A stretch of DNA of 64,000 nt from an uncultured Candidatus Saccharibacteria bacterium (GTDB lineage Bacteria > Patescibacteriota > Doudnabacteria > UBA920): NCBI GenBank assembly GCA_964490395.1, contig CAZBAS010000001.1, positions 211,815 to 275,814 of the forward strand. The letters run 5' to 3'. The notes beneath the pieces were generated by a model, which saw only the letters and a list, made by a program, of their open reading frames with translations, did no database searches and was not told the origin of the DNA. The position numbers and the translations under genes were made by a program. Below are positions 48,203 to 56,507 of the stretch, piece after piece; the first letter of the stretch is position 1; each line of letters begins with the position of its first letter.

Positions 48203-48382
48203 ATGGCAAACAATATTTCGCTTAAGTGCTGCCATTGTGGAGAGGACATAAAGCCTGAAGAGAAAACTGCGCAATGTTTTTTCTGCAGGAGAGATAGAAA
48301 AAATAATTGCACAACTCACAATGGATGCGGCCATCCCGAGGAGCCAAGGCCCGTACAGACTCAGCTAAAAAAAGCGGCATAG
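48203..48382 (+). CDS. orphan small Cys-rich zinc-ribbon-like protein (59 aa)
   Basis: RBS GAGGAGaaattgt-ATG; MANNISLKCCHCGEDIKPEEKTAQCFFCRRDRKNNCTTHNGCGHPEEP; below the 60 aa track cutoff. Confidence 0.4.
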   Translation: MANNISLKCCHCGEDIKPEEKTAQCFFCRRDRKNNCTTHNGCGHPEEPRPVQTQLKKAA

Positions 48383-48397
48383 GCTAAGTGGTTGGCA

Positions 48398-48448
48398 TAC
48401 TGTCAGGATTACTTTTAAATTGTAATCCCGATGGTATGCTTTTTTTAT
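48398..48448. terminator. hairpin + T-run (gcatactgtcagg ... ggtatgcttttttt)
   Basis: Follows the small Cys-rich ORF; also abuts the CapA gene stop on the other strand. Confidence 0.4.
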
Positions 48449-49701
48449 TTGGATGCGGATGGACAACAGTTTTCTTTTATATAAAGCGGGAGTTCTTCTA
48501 TGCTTTGGATTGTAGTGATGGGTAGCTGAACGCCGCCTGACGGCTGGAGGTCGGAAATGGTTGCGCTGTTATTAATAGACGAAGTTTTCGGTATTGCGGC
48601 GGTTGGTTTGGTAAGGGTAATTTTAAGGGCAAGGCCTTTTTTAGTTTCCGCGCTCCAGTCTTGGTCAAAGATAAAATTTCCTAGAGAATAATAGATGGGT
48701 TTGCAATTGGGATTTCGGTTTATCTCTTGTGGTGTAGATTCGTTCGACCTCTCTCCATCTCTCCCCAGGCCTGGGGAGAGGGCCGGAGCCGAGCCGTTAT
48801 ACTCGGAAATCGTACTAGTTCTTGGGCAATATATTTCTTTATTTTGGACCCAGTGCGGGTGAGCGCCTATGACTATATCTGCACCAGCGTCTATGGCTGC
48901 ATGGGCAAAGTCTATTTGATCTTGGTTTGCTTTGGGGGTGTATTCTGTTCCGGCGTGCATAGTCACGACTAGGAAGTCGATTTTAGATTTCAGATTGTAG
49001 ATTGCAGATTTAAGACGCTCGACATCTTCAATTCGAGCTACATAACTATTTATAGTTTTACCGCCATCGTTTACAGAAGAATACGAAGCACCAATGAATC
49101 CTATTTTAATGCCATTCTTTTCTATAATGGCCGGAGTCCATGCTTCGTCGAGTGTTTTGCCAGTACCCATGTGCAGTAGTCCATTATCATTGAGCACTTT
49201 TTCAGTAGTAGTAATGCCGTCTAGTCCTTGGTCAAACGCATGATTGTTTGCAAGGTTCAGTACAGCAAAATTGTATTCTTTCAGGCCAGCGACATTTGTT
49301 TTGGGCGCGTTAAACACAAGTGTGTTTTTTGCAGTAAACGCATCGGTTTTTGAGAAGGGCGACTCAAGATTGGCAAAGTTAAAGTCAGAAGACTTGAGCA
49401 AGCCCACTATATTATGGAAAGGGTACAGAGGGTCTTTTTTTGCTTGTATGGTTGCGGCAACGCTTCGAGAAAGAGAGATATCGCCAAATGCTAAAAAGGT
49501 TACGGTGCTTGGTTGTTGCTGCGTAAGATTGGTTGCTGCTGCGTTCTGGCCTTGCGTATAAAAATCTTGAAATGACTTATCTTGGTTAGCAGCAGAATTG
49601 TGGGTAAGCGGTGAGCCGTGGTTAAGTTGAAAAACACCAAGTATAGTGGCGGCTATGACGACTATTAGTATGGGAGTGAAGACAAGGACTTTACGAGTCA
49701 T
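48445..49701 (-). CDS. CapA family protein (poly-gamma-glutamate/capsule biosynthesis metallophosphatase-like), N-terminal membrane anchor
   Basis: DFNFANLESPF, LANNHAFDQG, VTMHAGTEY, GAHPHWVQ, YSLGNFIFDQ; ORF opens at 49755, likely start MTRKVLVF. Confidence 0.8.
   Translation of the reverse strand: MTRKVLVFTPILIVVIAATILGVFQLNHGSPLTHNSAANQDKSFQDFYTQGQNAAATNLTQQQPSTVTFLAFGDISLSRSVAATIQAKKDPLYPFHNIVGLLKSSDFNFANLESPFSKTDAFTAKNTLVFNAPKTNVAGLKEYNFAVLNLANNHAFDQGLDGITTTEKVLNDNGLLHMGTGKTLDEAWTPAIIEKNGIKIGFIGASYSSVNDGGKTINSYVARIEDVERLKSAIYNLKSKIDFLVVTMHAGTEYTPKANQDQIDFAHAAIDAGADIVIGAHPHWVQNKEIYCPRTSTISEYNGSAPALSPGLGRDGERSNESTPQEINRNPNCKPIYYSLGNFIFDQDWSAETKKGLALKITLTKPTAAIPKTSSINNSATISDLQPSGGVQLPITTIQSIEELPLYIKENCCPSASK
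48748..48790. repeat. CTCTCCCCAGGCCTGGGGAGAGG hairpin repeat, copy 3 (in frame inside CapA gene)
   Basis: gacctctctccatctctccccaggcctggggagagggccggagc encoding ...APALSPGLGRDGERS... Confidence 0.65.
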
Positions 49702-49751
49702 GGCTTGGTAAGAAATGTCTAATAAAAAACAAATAGCCAATTCTGGTCCGG

Positions 49752-49822
49752 GCATTAGTAATTACCCGCCCAAGGCGGGTCCGCCTTGGGCGGAGATATT
49801 GGAAATTAGACATTAGGAATTG
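49752..49822. repeat. GC-hairpin composite repeat, copy 3 (capA-dprA spacer)
   Basis: gcattagtaattaCCCGCCCAAGGCGGGTCCGCCTTGGGCGGAGatattggaaattagacattaggaattg. Confidence 0.7.
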
Positions 49823-49832
49823 TATTCGCGTG

Positions 49833-50918
49833 CTACCGCACACGAATATACTGCTGTGCGCCAACATTTTTAATAACGCCTTTCATTTCCAAAAAACTGA
49901 GTGCAGTAGACACAGCTGCTGTTTCGAGTCCGGTTTGTTTTACTAGCGCATCGCTTGAGAGGGGGCTACTTGTTAGTATACCAAGAAGTAGTGCTTCTGT
50001 GGGGGTGGTGGCCGCTAACTCTGCGTCTATGGTAAGTTCGGGGCTAATGTTTAAGTCTTGCAAAATATCTGCTGCGTCGGTAACAGGCTGTGCTCCCATC
50101 TTGAGTAAATTATTTGGCCCTTGTGACTCATGCGCATAAATTTGCCCAGGCACCGCGTATACACGTCGGTTTTGCTCCAGTGCGTACTGGGCAGTTATGA
50201 GCGAGCCACTTTTAAGACTGCATTCTATAACAAGTGTGCCCATGGAAAGCCCAGAAATGATTCTGTTTCGAGCAATGAAGTTTTGTTTATACCCTGGTGT
50301 TCCTGGCGCGTATTCGCTCATGAGACAGCCACCCGCATTGAGGATCGCGTCCGCAAGGAGTACGTGCTCTTTGGGGTAGAGTGATTTTTCATCCAGTCCC
50401 GAGCCCAGTACTGCAATGGTAGGTAGCCCTTGTTCAATTGCTTGTGTGTGCACCAGCGCATCTACGCCATACGCCATACCAGACACAATCGTAATTCCTG
50501 CACTGACTAAGGGAGAGATGATGTGGGGGACGACACTCCGGCCATAGGTAGTAATTTTGCGCGTGCCAATTGCAGCAAGCATAATTGCGTCTGCGGCTGG
50601 CAGTGCTCCGCGGTAATATAAAATAACCGGAGGGTCGGCTATCTCTGTAAGAAGTTGCGGGTAGCGTCGGTCGCCGAGTGCGAGCACATGTATGCCCAAG
50701 GTGTGCAATGTTTCTTGCTCGTTCGCCGGAGAAATGGGCGTGCGGAAAGCGCTAAACTGCTCGGCAATGTCCAAGCTTATGCCTGCGCTGCATAGTTCAC
50801 CAATGGAAGCATTGAATGCTTGCTCAAATGTTTCAAAAAATTGGCTCAATACGAGCAGTCTTTTCGGGCCAAATTTTGGAAACAGGTTGAGGCAGTGGAG
50901 ATAGATGGTGTCATTCAT
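49833..50918 (-). CDS. dprA: DNA processing protein DprA (Smf)
   Basis: Rossmann-like core IVSGMAYGVDALVHTQAIEQGLPTIAVLGSGLD and C-terminal wH. Confidence 0.85.
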   Translation of the reverse strand: MNDTIYLHCLNLFPKFGPKRLLVLSQFFETFEQAFNASIGELCSAGISLDIAEQFSAFRTPISPANEQETLHTLGIHVLALGDRRYPQLLTEIADPPVILYYRGALPAADAIMLAAIGTRKITTYGRSVVPHIISPLVSAGITIVSGMAYGVDALVHTQAIEQGLPTIAVLGSGLDEKSLYPKEHVLLADAILNAGGCLMSEYAPGTPGYKQNFIARNRIISGLSMGTLVIECSLKSGSLITAQYALEQNRRVYAVPGQIYAHESQGPNNLLKMGAQPVTDAADILQDLNISPELTIDAELAATTPTEALLLGILTSSPLSSDALVKQTGLETAAVSTALSFLEMKGVIKNVGAQQYIRVR

Positions 50919-50920
50919 AT

Positions 50921-51030
50921 GAGTGAATAACGAATCTAGAATTATGAATTAAGAATAATACTTGTTAAGGCTGCAGGCCTTAAAAAGCCAATTTTCATAA
51001 TTCTTTATTCATAATTCTATATTCTTGCTA
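50921..51030. repeat. AT-rich inverted-repeat element (gaatctagaattatgaattaagaataatac ... ttcataattctttattcataattctatattcttg)
   Basis: Same family as 4695-4806; central ggctgcaggcc palindrome. Confidence 0.55.
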
Positions 51031-51036
51031 GCTATT

Positions 51037-51065
51037 GACAAGATTGGCTGAAAGGGGTATAATGT
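51037..51065 (+). promoter_or_regulatory. consensus sigma70 promoter TTGACA-17-TATAAT
   Basis: ttgacaagattggctgaaaggggtataat. Confidence 0.55.
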
Positions 51066-51071
51066 AGAAGT

Positions 51072-51257
51072 AAGAGTTAGATTTGCTTGAGAAAGCTTTG
51101 TTTCTAGCATCCTGCTTGCAAGTGCGAACGTAGAAGTCATCCCTCCTACCTTCTGCTACTAGCATCAAGTAAAGATTTATAGGCGATTGTCTGTGATCTT
51201 TCACTTGCAGGTGGGGTAGTAGAAACAAGCAAAAATCCGCGAAAGCGGATTTTTTTA
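51072..51257 (+). ncRNA. candidate small ncRNA (~186 nt; 6S-like size) bounded by consensus promoter and intrinsic terminator
   Basis: No credible ORF; internal imperfect long stem gtttctagcatcctgcttgcaagtg / cacttgcaggtggggtagtagaaac; terminator atccgcgaaagcggattttttt. Confidence 0.45.
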
Positions 51258-51261
51258 ATGT

Positions 51262-51374
51262 CCAATTCCTAATTTCCAATTTCTAAAGACCAGATATGCG
51301 CTGCGGGTGCAGCGCTGTAATAATACTGAATTGCTATTTGCATTAGACATTAGAAATTAGACATTAGAAATTTT
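51262..51374. repeat. AT-rich tandem/inverted units (ccaattcctaatttccaatttctaaag; cattagacattagaaattagacattagaaatt)
   Basis: CATTAGAAATTAG motif family shared with 49796-49822 and 62736-62826. Confidence 0.5.
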
Positions 51375-51933
51375 AGCCCATGATGAACTGCTCCATGGTC
51401 TTTTTGACCTCTGGGAATATGGTCTCTTGCAACGAACTTAGCTCAGCACTGGAGAATGGGCTCAACACATATTCATCAGTTGGGCTTTCAAGCTTAGACT
51501 TTCTTGATTCAGCACCTATGCGAACGCGATGAAACTGTTGGGTGCCAAGCTGCTCAATAATACTTTTAACACCGTTGTGTCCTGCTGGCCTCGAGTCAAA
51601 GGCAAGTTTCCAAAACCCAAATTTCAAATCTATCTCATCGTGTATTACAAGCAAATCTTTGGTGGGGTCTACTTTATAAAATTTCACAATTTCTGCTACC
51701 GCATCACCAGAGCGATTCATGTACGTTTGTGGCTTTACAAAAAAAGTCTTTACGGGCCCACCCTTGCCATTCTGTGCGGTAAAGTGCACTTCGCACACCT
51801 GTCCCTGGAAGCGTGAGCTGCAAGAAATAGTTTCTATATCTTTTAAACAATAATCAATGGCCATAAACCCGGCATTATGCCTGGTGTGCTCATATTTTTT
51901 TCCTGGATTTCCAAGGCCAACTATTAACTTCAT
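51373..51933 (-). CDS. pth: peptidyl-tRNA hydrolase
   Basis: MKLIVGLGNPGKKYEHTRHNAGF, HNG catalytic His motif. Confidence 0.92.
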   Translation of the reverse strand: MKLIVGLGNPGKKYEHTRHNAGFMAIDYCLKDIETISCSSRFQGQVCEVHFTAQNGKGGPVKTFFVKPQTYMNRSGDAVAEIVKFYKVDPTKDLLVIHDEIDLKFGFWKLAFDSRPAGHNGVKSIIEQLGTQQFHRVRIGAESRKSKLESPTDEYVLSPFSSAELSSLQETIFPEVKKTMEQFIMG

Positions 51934-52021
51934 GTTTTTATTATAGCAGGAGTTTATATTTCAGGTGTGTGGAGTATAGTGGTATACAAGATACAGACTT
52001 AAGTTCCTGAAGGAGGGTGCG

Positions 52022-52276
52022 ATGAATTGCGAAGAAAAATATCTTAAAACTACTATCACTTGTCCGACGTGCAATGGTGCATGCCAGGTAAACCCAACTC
52101 CTTATGATTGGGGGTGGGAGACTTGTTATGACTGTACAGGGGCTGGCAGAGTGCCAAAGCGGAAGACCCGTATGATATGGCTTTGGGTGCTGATCGTAGC
52201 AGTATTGGCCTTGCTACTCTTTTGGGCCAGTAGTATTAAAACCCCGGGAACAATAGTTCTCGGGGTAACTTTTTAA
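52022..52276 (+). CDS. small zinc-ribbon protein with C-terminal TM helix
   Basis: CPTCNG ... CYDCTG then hydrophobic segment. Confidence 0.4.
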   Translation: MNCEEKYLKTTITCPTCNGACQVNPTPYDWGWETCYDCTGAGRVPKRKTRMIWLWVLIVAVLALLLFWASSIKTPGTIVLGVTF

Positions 52277-53667
52277 AGCTTTTTTACTTTGTGCACTTTA
52301 ATGGGGGTCCCCCAAAAGTCTAGGTCTTTGATGATGGCGTTTTCTATAGTTTTGCGGAAAGTTTCTTGTATGGCTGGAGTATGGTTTACGAGGATTTCAA
52401 ATTTTGGTGGGTCAGTGGCTATTTGCTTAAGACCGTAGGCCTTTGGTTCTTTTTGGTCGAGTAAGCGCTTGGGTGGGGCAATCTTCATCCACTTCTTAAA
52501 GAGCGCATCCAATTCTTCCTGGCTTACTTCTTTATGCCGTCGCTGGTAAATAGGTTTTATATTTTTAAGAGCGTCAGTAATGCCTTCTCCTGTAAGTCCT
52601 GATACGAAATACACGGGACACATCCAGAGAAAAGGGAAGTTATGGCTAATGTACGCTTGCAGGCTGCCTACCTCTGACTCGGTAATGGTAGAATCTTTGC
52701 TTTTCTTTCCAGCTCCAGCGGTACCTTTTCTTTTTGAGTCTTTGAGATAGGCATCTATCTTGGTGGCAAGAATAATGCAGCCTTTTTCTTGGTCTATAAT
52801 TTCTGCTGCAATGGCTTGGTCCTGGCTAGTTACCGGTTGGCTCGCATCTATAACAAACAAACAGACGTCGCTTCGGCGAATGGATTTATATGTTTGAAAA
52901 CCAGAGTATATGTCGGGCCGTGCCTGACGATGTTCTTTCTTCTTAAGACCAGCAGTATCTATAAAGGTGTACTCGTCTCCGTCTATGACAACCTTGCTAT
53001 CTATGGCAGTTCTGGTGGTACCGGGCACGTCTGATACTACCACGCGTTCATCATCTACAATTTGATTGAAGATGCTGGATTTGCCCACGTTTGGTTTGCC
53101 CACTATTGCAACATGAATACCGTTGTCAGTAGTCAGTTGTCGGTTGTCAGTATTGGATGCGGCTGGGGGAAGGAGGGAGACAACGTGGTCAAGGAGGTCG
53201 CCAATACCGCGGCCAGTAACGCTGGAGATGGGGAAGACCGCCTTAATACCTAGTTTGTAAAAAGGAGCAGTAATGCTTTCCAAGTCTTTAGGTGAGTCAA
53301 GTTTATTTACTGCGAGTATGACCGGTTTCTTTATTTTACGAAATGCGAGCAGTACAGAACGGTCCATGGTATCCACACCAGCTTTACCATCTACCAACAA
53401 TACAAGCACGTCTGCTTCCTTGGTAGCTATGTCTATCTGTTTTTTGACCGAGCGCTCCAGCTCGTTTTCATCTCCAAAAAATGCGAGCCCTGCGGTGTCG
53501 GTCATGTTAAAGACACTGCCATTCCAAGGTACTTCCGCATATTGTCGGTCGCGAGTAGTACCAGCAACTTCGGAGGTAACAGCGACTTGACCGCCTACTA
53601 TTTTATTAAAGAATGTGGATTTGCCCGCGTTGGGTAGTCCGACTATGGCGACTATTGGTAGAGACAT
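52273..53667 (-). CDS. der: ribosome biogenesis GTPase Der (EngA), tandem GTPase domains + KH-like domain
   Basis: GLPNAGKSTFFN and GKPNVGKSSIFN P-loops, two DTAG motifs; inter-domain linker contains the low-complexity NTDNRQLTTDNG. Confidence 0.92.
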   Translation of the reverse strand: MSLPIVAIVGLPNAGKSTFFNKIVGGQVAVTSEVAGTTRDRQYAEVPWNGSVFNMTDTAGLAFFGDENELERSVKKQIDIATKEADVLVLLVDGKAGVDTMDRSVLLAFRKIKKPVILAVNKLDSPKDLESITAPFYKLGIKAVFPISSVTGRGIGDLLDHVVSLLPPAASNTDNRQLTTDNGIHVAIVGKPNVGKSSIFNQIVDDERVVVSDVPGTTRTAIDSKVVIDGDEYTFIDTAGLKKKEHRQARPDIYSGFQTYKSIRRSDVCLFVIDASQPVTSQDQAIAAEIIDQEKGCIILATKIDAYLKDSKRKGTAGAGKKSKDSTITESEVGSLQAYISHNFPFLWMCPVYFVSGLTGEGITDALKNIKPIYQRRHKEVSQEELDALFKKWMKIAPPKRLLDQKEPKAYGLKQIATDPPKFEILVNHTPAIQETFRKTIENAIIKDLDFWGTPIKVHKVKKL

Positions 53668-53677
53668 ATGGGTACAA

Positions 53678-53752
53678 GTTAAAAGTTTATAAAGTTCTTT
53701 TAGTTTGTAAAGTAGTTCCTGACTTTATGAACTGTATAACTTTATAAACTTG
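53678..53752. repeat. AGTTTATAAAG palindromic intergenic module, copy 1 (der/LCP spacer)
   Basis: aagtttataaagttcttttagtttgtaaagtagttcctgactttatgaactgtataactttataaactt; copies at 57817, 58767, 59290. Confidence 0.65.
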
Positions 53753-53757
53753 ACGGA

Positions 53758-55263
53758 CTATTGAATTGCTTCAGGGGAAGGTGGGGTTATTGGGGGAGTT
53801 ACTTTTTGGGTTGTTGCAGGGATAGGCTTGGTGAAGCGCTCGGGTATGTTATTTCCGAGAATGAGTATGATGTCGCTTCTAGTTGCGTCTATTTTTATGT
53901 TAGGTGGTGGTACAGTGACCTCGCGCGCTCCCAAAGTGGCCTTAATGTATTCGCTGGTCGCGGGTTTTGCATTTATTTCATAAATGACGCTTTGGTCGGG
54001 CTCCACATCGTTATAGGCAATAGGCCAAACAGTAAGCCCTGCCTGCTGGAGGTCACTTTCGACACGTTTGTAAACAGACGACTTGGGGTTTGCCGTTGCA
54101 ATCCATACTACGCTTTTTTCTTTAGCGAGTTTACCAATGGCAAGAGCATTTTTGAAATAACTTTGAATGTCATCCGTAGACTTACCAGCGCAGGGAGCAA
54201 GAATGTAAGCTTTGGTTTCCTCGGTAATCTGCGGACATACCAGGCCAGTGATGGGGTCGAGACTGGTTGCGACAACACTACTTGCATCCATTTTTTGGCC
54301 AATCCGCGCTAGTCGCAATATTTGGCCAGGGGTGAAGTTCGTATGAAAGTGTGAGGCGAACGTTTGCAAGAGCGTAGCAAGCTGTCCACTGTCCGTGACG
54401 AGGTTAAGTTTTTGCACTTTTTCTCGGAACGCCTGGATAATTTTTTGCTGGCGTTGGCTTCGGGAAAAATCTGAGCCTTCGGGTCCAGCCGCGTGTCTTG
54501 ACCGTGCAAAAATGAGAGCCTGATTGCCGTTGAAATGCTGTGGTCCCGCGGTAAACGTCTGGGGTGGCAAATAGCCATTGGTGCTATTTGGGTATTGATA
54601 GTCTGTAAAAGTGCGATCCACAACCACGTCTACTCCGCCCACTTGGTCCACTGCTTGCTCGAAGCCGCTAAAATCCACTACGGCAAAGTAGGGGAGATCC
54701 AGGCCAGACAATTTACTTACTGCATCGCGTGCCCATCGTCCTGCTTCGTCCCAATCTTTGTGCTGATAGTATCCTTCCGCAAACGCCGCGTTAATTTTCC
54801 TGTACTCGCCACTTTGTAGCTTTACTTGGTAATCGCGGGGGATGCTCGTAAGCGAAACTTCATTAGTATCTAATTTAATTTGTGCCACAATAATAGTATC
54901 TGACAAGTAAGGACCATCGTGTCCTTCGCCGCCAATCCCCAGCAGGAGTATGCGTACGACGCCAGATTTTTCTCCCTCAATTGGCACTTGGCCGGTAGAC
55001 CCCTGAATAAGATCTTTAGCGCCTCCAAAAAAACCACCTTGGTTGCCTACAAAACTGAGCTTTGACCATTTGCGAGCTGCGATAAATGCGGCGGTGGTAA
55101 CACCAAGGAGGAGGCCAAGGATAATTATTGCAGTCCAAAGCAGCCAGCGTCTTTTACGCGGTGCGTGTTTTGGCTTACCATGATATACCGATATTTGTGG
55201 GGCTTTGTAAGCACTATCCAGCGAATGCTCTATATGGGGTTCATTCATATGCACCGGGGGCAA
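53758..55263 (-). CDS. LytR-CpsA-Psr (LCP) family protein with N-terminal TM anchor
   Basis: LLLGIGGEGHDGPYLSDTIIVAQIKLDTNEVSLTSIPRD signature LCP core. Confidence 0.8.
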   Translation of the reverse strand: MPPVHMNEPHIEHSLDSAYKAPQISVYHGKPKHAPRKRRWLLWTAIIILGLLLGVTTAAFIAARKWSKLSFVGNQGGFFGGAKDLIQGSTGQVPIEGEKSGVVRILLLGIGGEGHDGPYLSDTIIVAQIKLDTNEVSLTSIPRDYQVKLQSGEYRKINAAFAEGYYQHKDWDEAGRWARDAVSKLSGLDLPYFAVVDFSGFEQAVDQVGGVDVVVDRTFTDYQYPNSTNGYLPPQTFTAGPQHFNGNQALIFARSRHAAGPEGSDFSRSQRQQKIIQAFREKVQKLNLVTDSGQLATLLQTFASHFHTNFTPGQILRLARIGQKMDASSVVATSLDPITGLVCPQITEETKAYILAPCAGKSTDDIQSYFKNALAIGKLAKEKSVVWIATANPKSSVYKRVESDLQQAGLTVWPIAYNDVEPDQSVIYEINAKPATSEYIKATLGAREVTVPPPNIKIDATRSDIILILGNNIPERFTKPIPATTQKVTPPITPPSPEAIQ

Positions 55264-55449
55264 TAAAATAAGCCTTTTGCAAATCTCTCAGTGTTGCACC
55301 ATTCTATTGCTCCTCAAAGGCGCAGACGGAGACACGCAGGGCCAGGTAATTTAGCACTAATCTATGGGCGCTAGTTTTTATCAGAAAATTGCGAACCTTT
55401 GTACAGTATAGCAAATATTGCGCTTTTTGTGCGGGTTTTTGTCTTGCAT

Positions 55450-55480
55450 TGTTCTAATGCGAATGATATAGTGGGTGTAA
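55450..55480 (+). promoter_or_regulatory. sigma70-like promoter upstream of tRNA-Val (TTGCAT-17-TATAGT)
   Basis: ttgcattgttctaatgcgaatgatatagt. Confidence 0.35.
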
Positions 55481-55564
55481 CCTATTATGTGCTGAAATCC
55501 TACCTTTTATAGTGGGTTATTGTGAGAGAAGTGCAGTGAGTACTTGCCCGCACTGAGTGGTGGA

Positions 55565-55641
55565 GGATGATTAGCTCAGCTGGTTAGAGCGCTGCATTCA
55601 CATTGCAGAGGTCAGTGGTCCGAGTCCACTATCATCCACCA
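55565..55641 (+). tRNA. tRNA-Val (anticodon CAC), CCA encoded
   Basis: ggatgattagctcagctggttagagcgctgcattCACattgcagaggtcagtggtccgagtccactatcatccacca. Confidence 0.85.
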
Positions 55642-55694
55642 GTCAGTGCCGGGTTAAGGCGAGTTCGAATCCCATAGCGTCCACCGCGCTCAGC

Positions 55695-56426
55695 GTGGCG
55701 ATGAGCGCACTTGGCCCGTCCATTATATGCAACGTTAAGAACTGGTATGGGCATTTTCACTCAATTTATAATTTCCTTTCATTACATACAGTGAATACTC
55801 AAAACACATTGCCTGAAGAAAATAAAACACCAACTGAGGAAGAGGCCGAGGTAACTACGACGGTAAAGTCCATTGCTGTGTTTATTTGGGACTTGGTAAA
55901 GGTATTCTTTACTGCGTTTGTACTGGTATGGCTTATTATCCGCCCTTTTATAGCGGAGCCGTTTGTTGTGTCCGGGTCTTCTATGGTGCCCAATTTTCAC
56001 AATCGTGAATATTTGATAATTCAGAAGTTGTCCTACAGATTCCACGAACCGGAGAGGGGTGACGTTATAGTGTTTAAATATCCGGTTGACCCTGACCAGT
56101 ACTTTATTAAACGTATTATTGGTCTGCCTGGGGAGCGTGTGAGTGTACAACAAGGCAGGGTCGTAATTATAAATGCTGAACATCCAAGCGGTTTTGTCTT
56201 AGATGAACCGTATCTGCCAAATCAAAATGTTACGCTTGGGAGGCCTGACATTGTAGAACTTGGGCAAAACCAGTATTTTGTCTTAGGCGACAATCGTTTG
56301 CAAAGCAGTGATTCGCGTGTATGGGGAGCATTGCCTAAGTCAGATATTGTTGGTAAGGTTTGGCTCAGAGTGCTGCCGCTTCGATTGTTTGGAATTATCC
56401 CGCATTATTCATATTCTGCGAAATAG
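55695..56426 (+). CDS. lepB: signal peptidase I
   Basis: VSGSSMVPNF (Ser nucleophile box), GDVIVFKYP, YFIKRIIGLPGERV (Lys box), VLGDNRLQSSDSRVWG. Confidence 0.85.
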   Translation: MAMSALGPSIICNVKNWYGHFHSIYNFLSLHTVNTQNTLPEENKTPTEEEAEVTTTVKSIAVFIWDLVKVFFTAFVLVWLIIRPFIAEPFVVSGSSMVPNFHNREYLIIQKLSYRFHEPERGDVIVFKYPVDPDQYFIKRIIGLPGERVSVQQGRVVIINAEHPSGFVLDEPYLPNQNVTLGRPDIVELGQNQYFVLGDNRLQSSDSRVWGALPKSDIVGKVWLRVLPLRLFGIIPHYSYSAK

Positions 56427-56507
56427 AATATGCAACAGATTAGCAAAAGAAAGATTGCATAGGGCCTTTGCCCCCACAGCTGTGCTGTAAAACTTGTCAT
56501 TAGAATA

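Noticed and set aside
51028-51279. 83 aa minus-strand ORF overlapping the candidate ncRNA
   Set aside because: It runs antisense to a promoter/terminator-defined transcript and through AT-rich repeat units, with no RBS. The ncRNA interpretation is preferred.
55642-55700. Possible tmRNA 3' end (GTTCGAATCCC ... TCCACC)
   Set aside because: There is no matching tmRNA 5' acceptor (GGGG...), no tag-peptide reading frame and no terminal CCA context. It is treated as a degenerate tRNA-like fragment instead.
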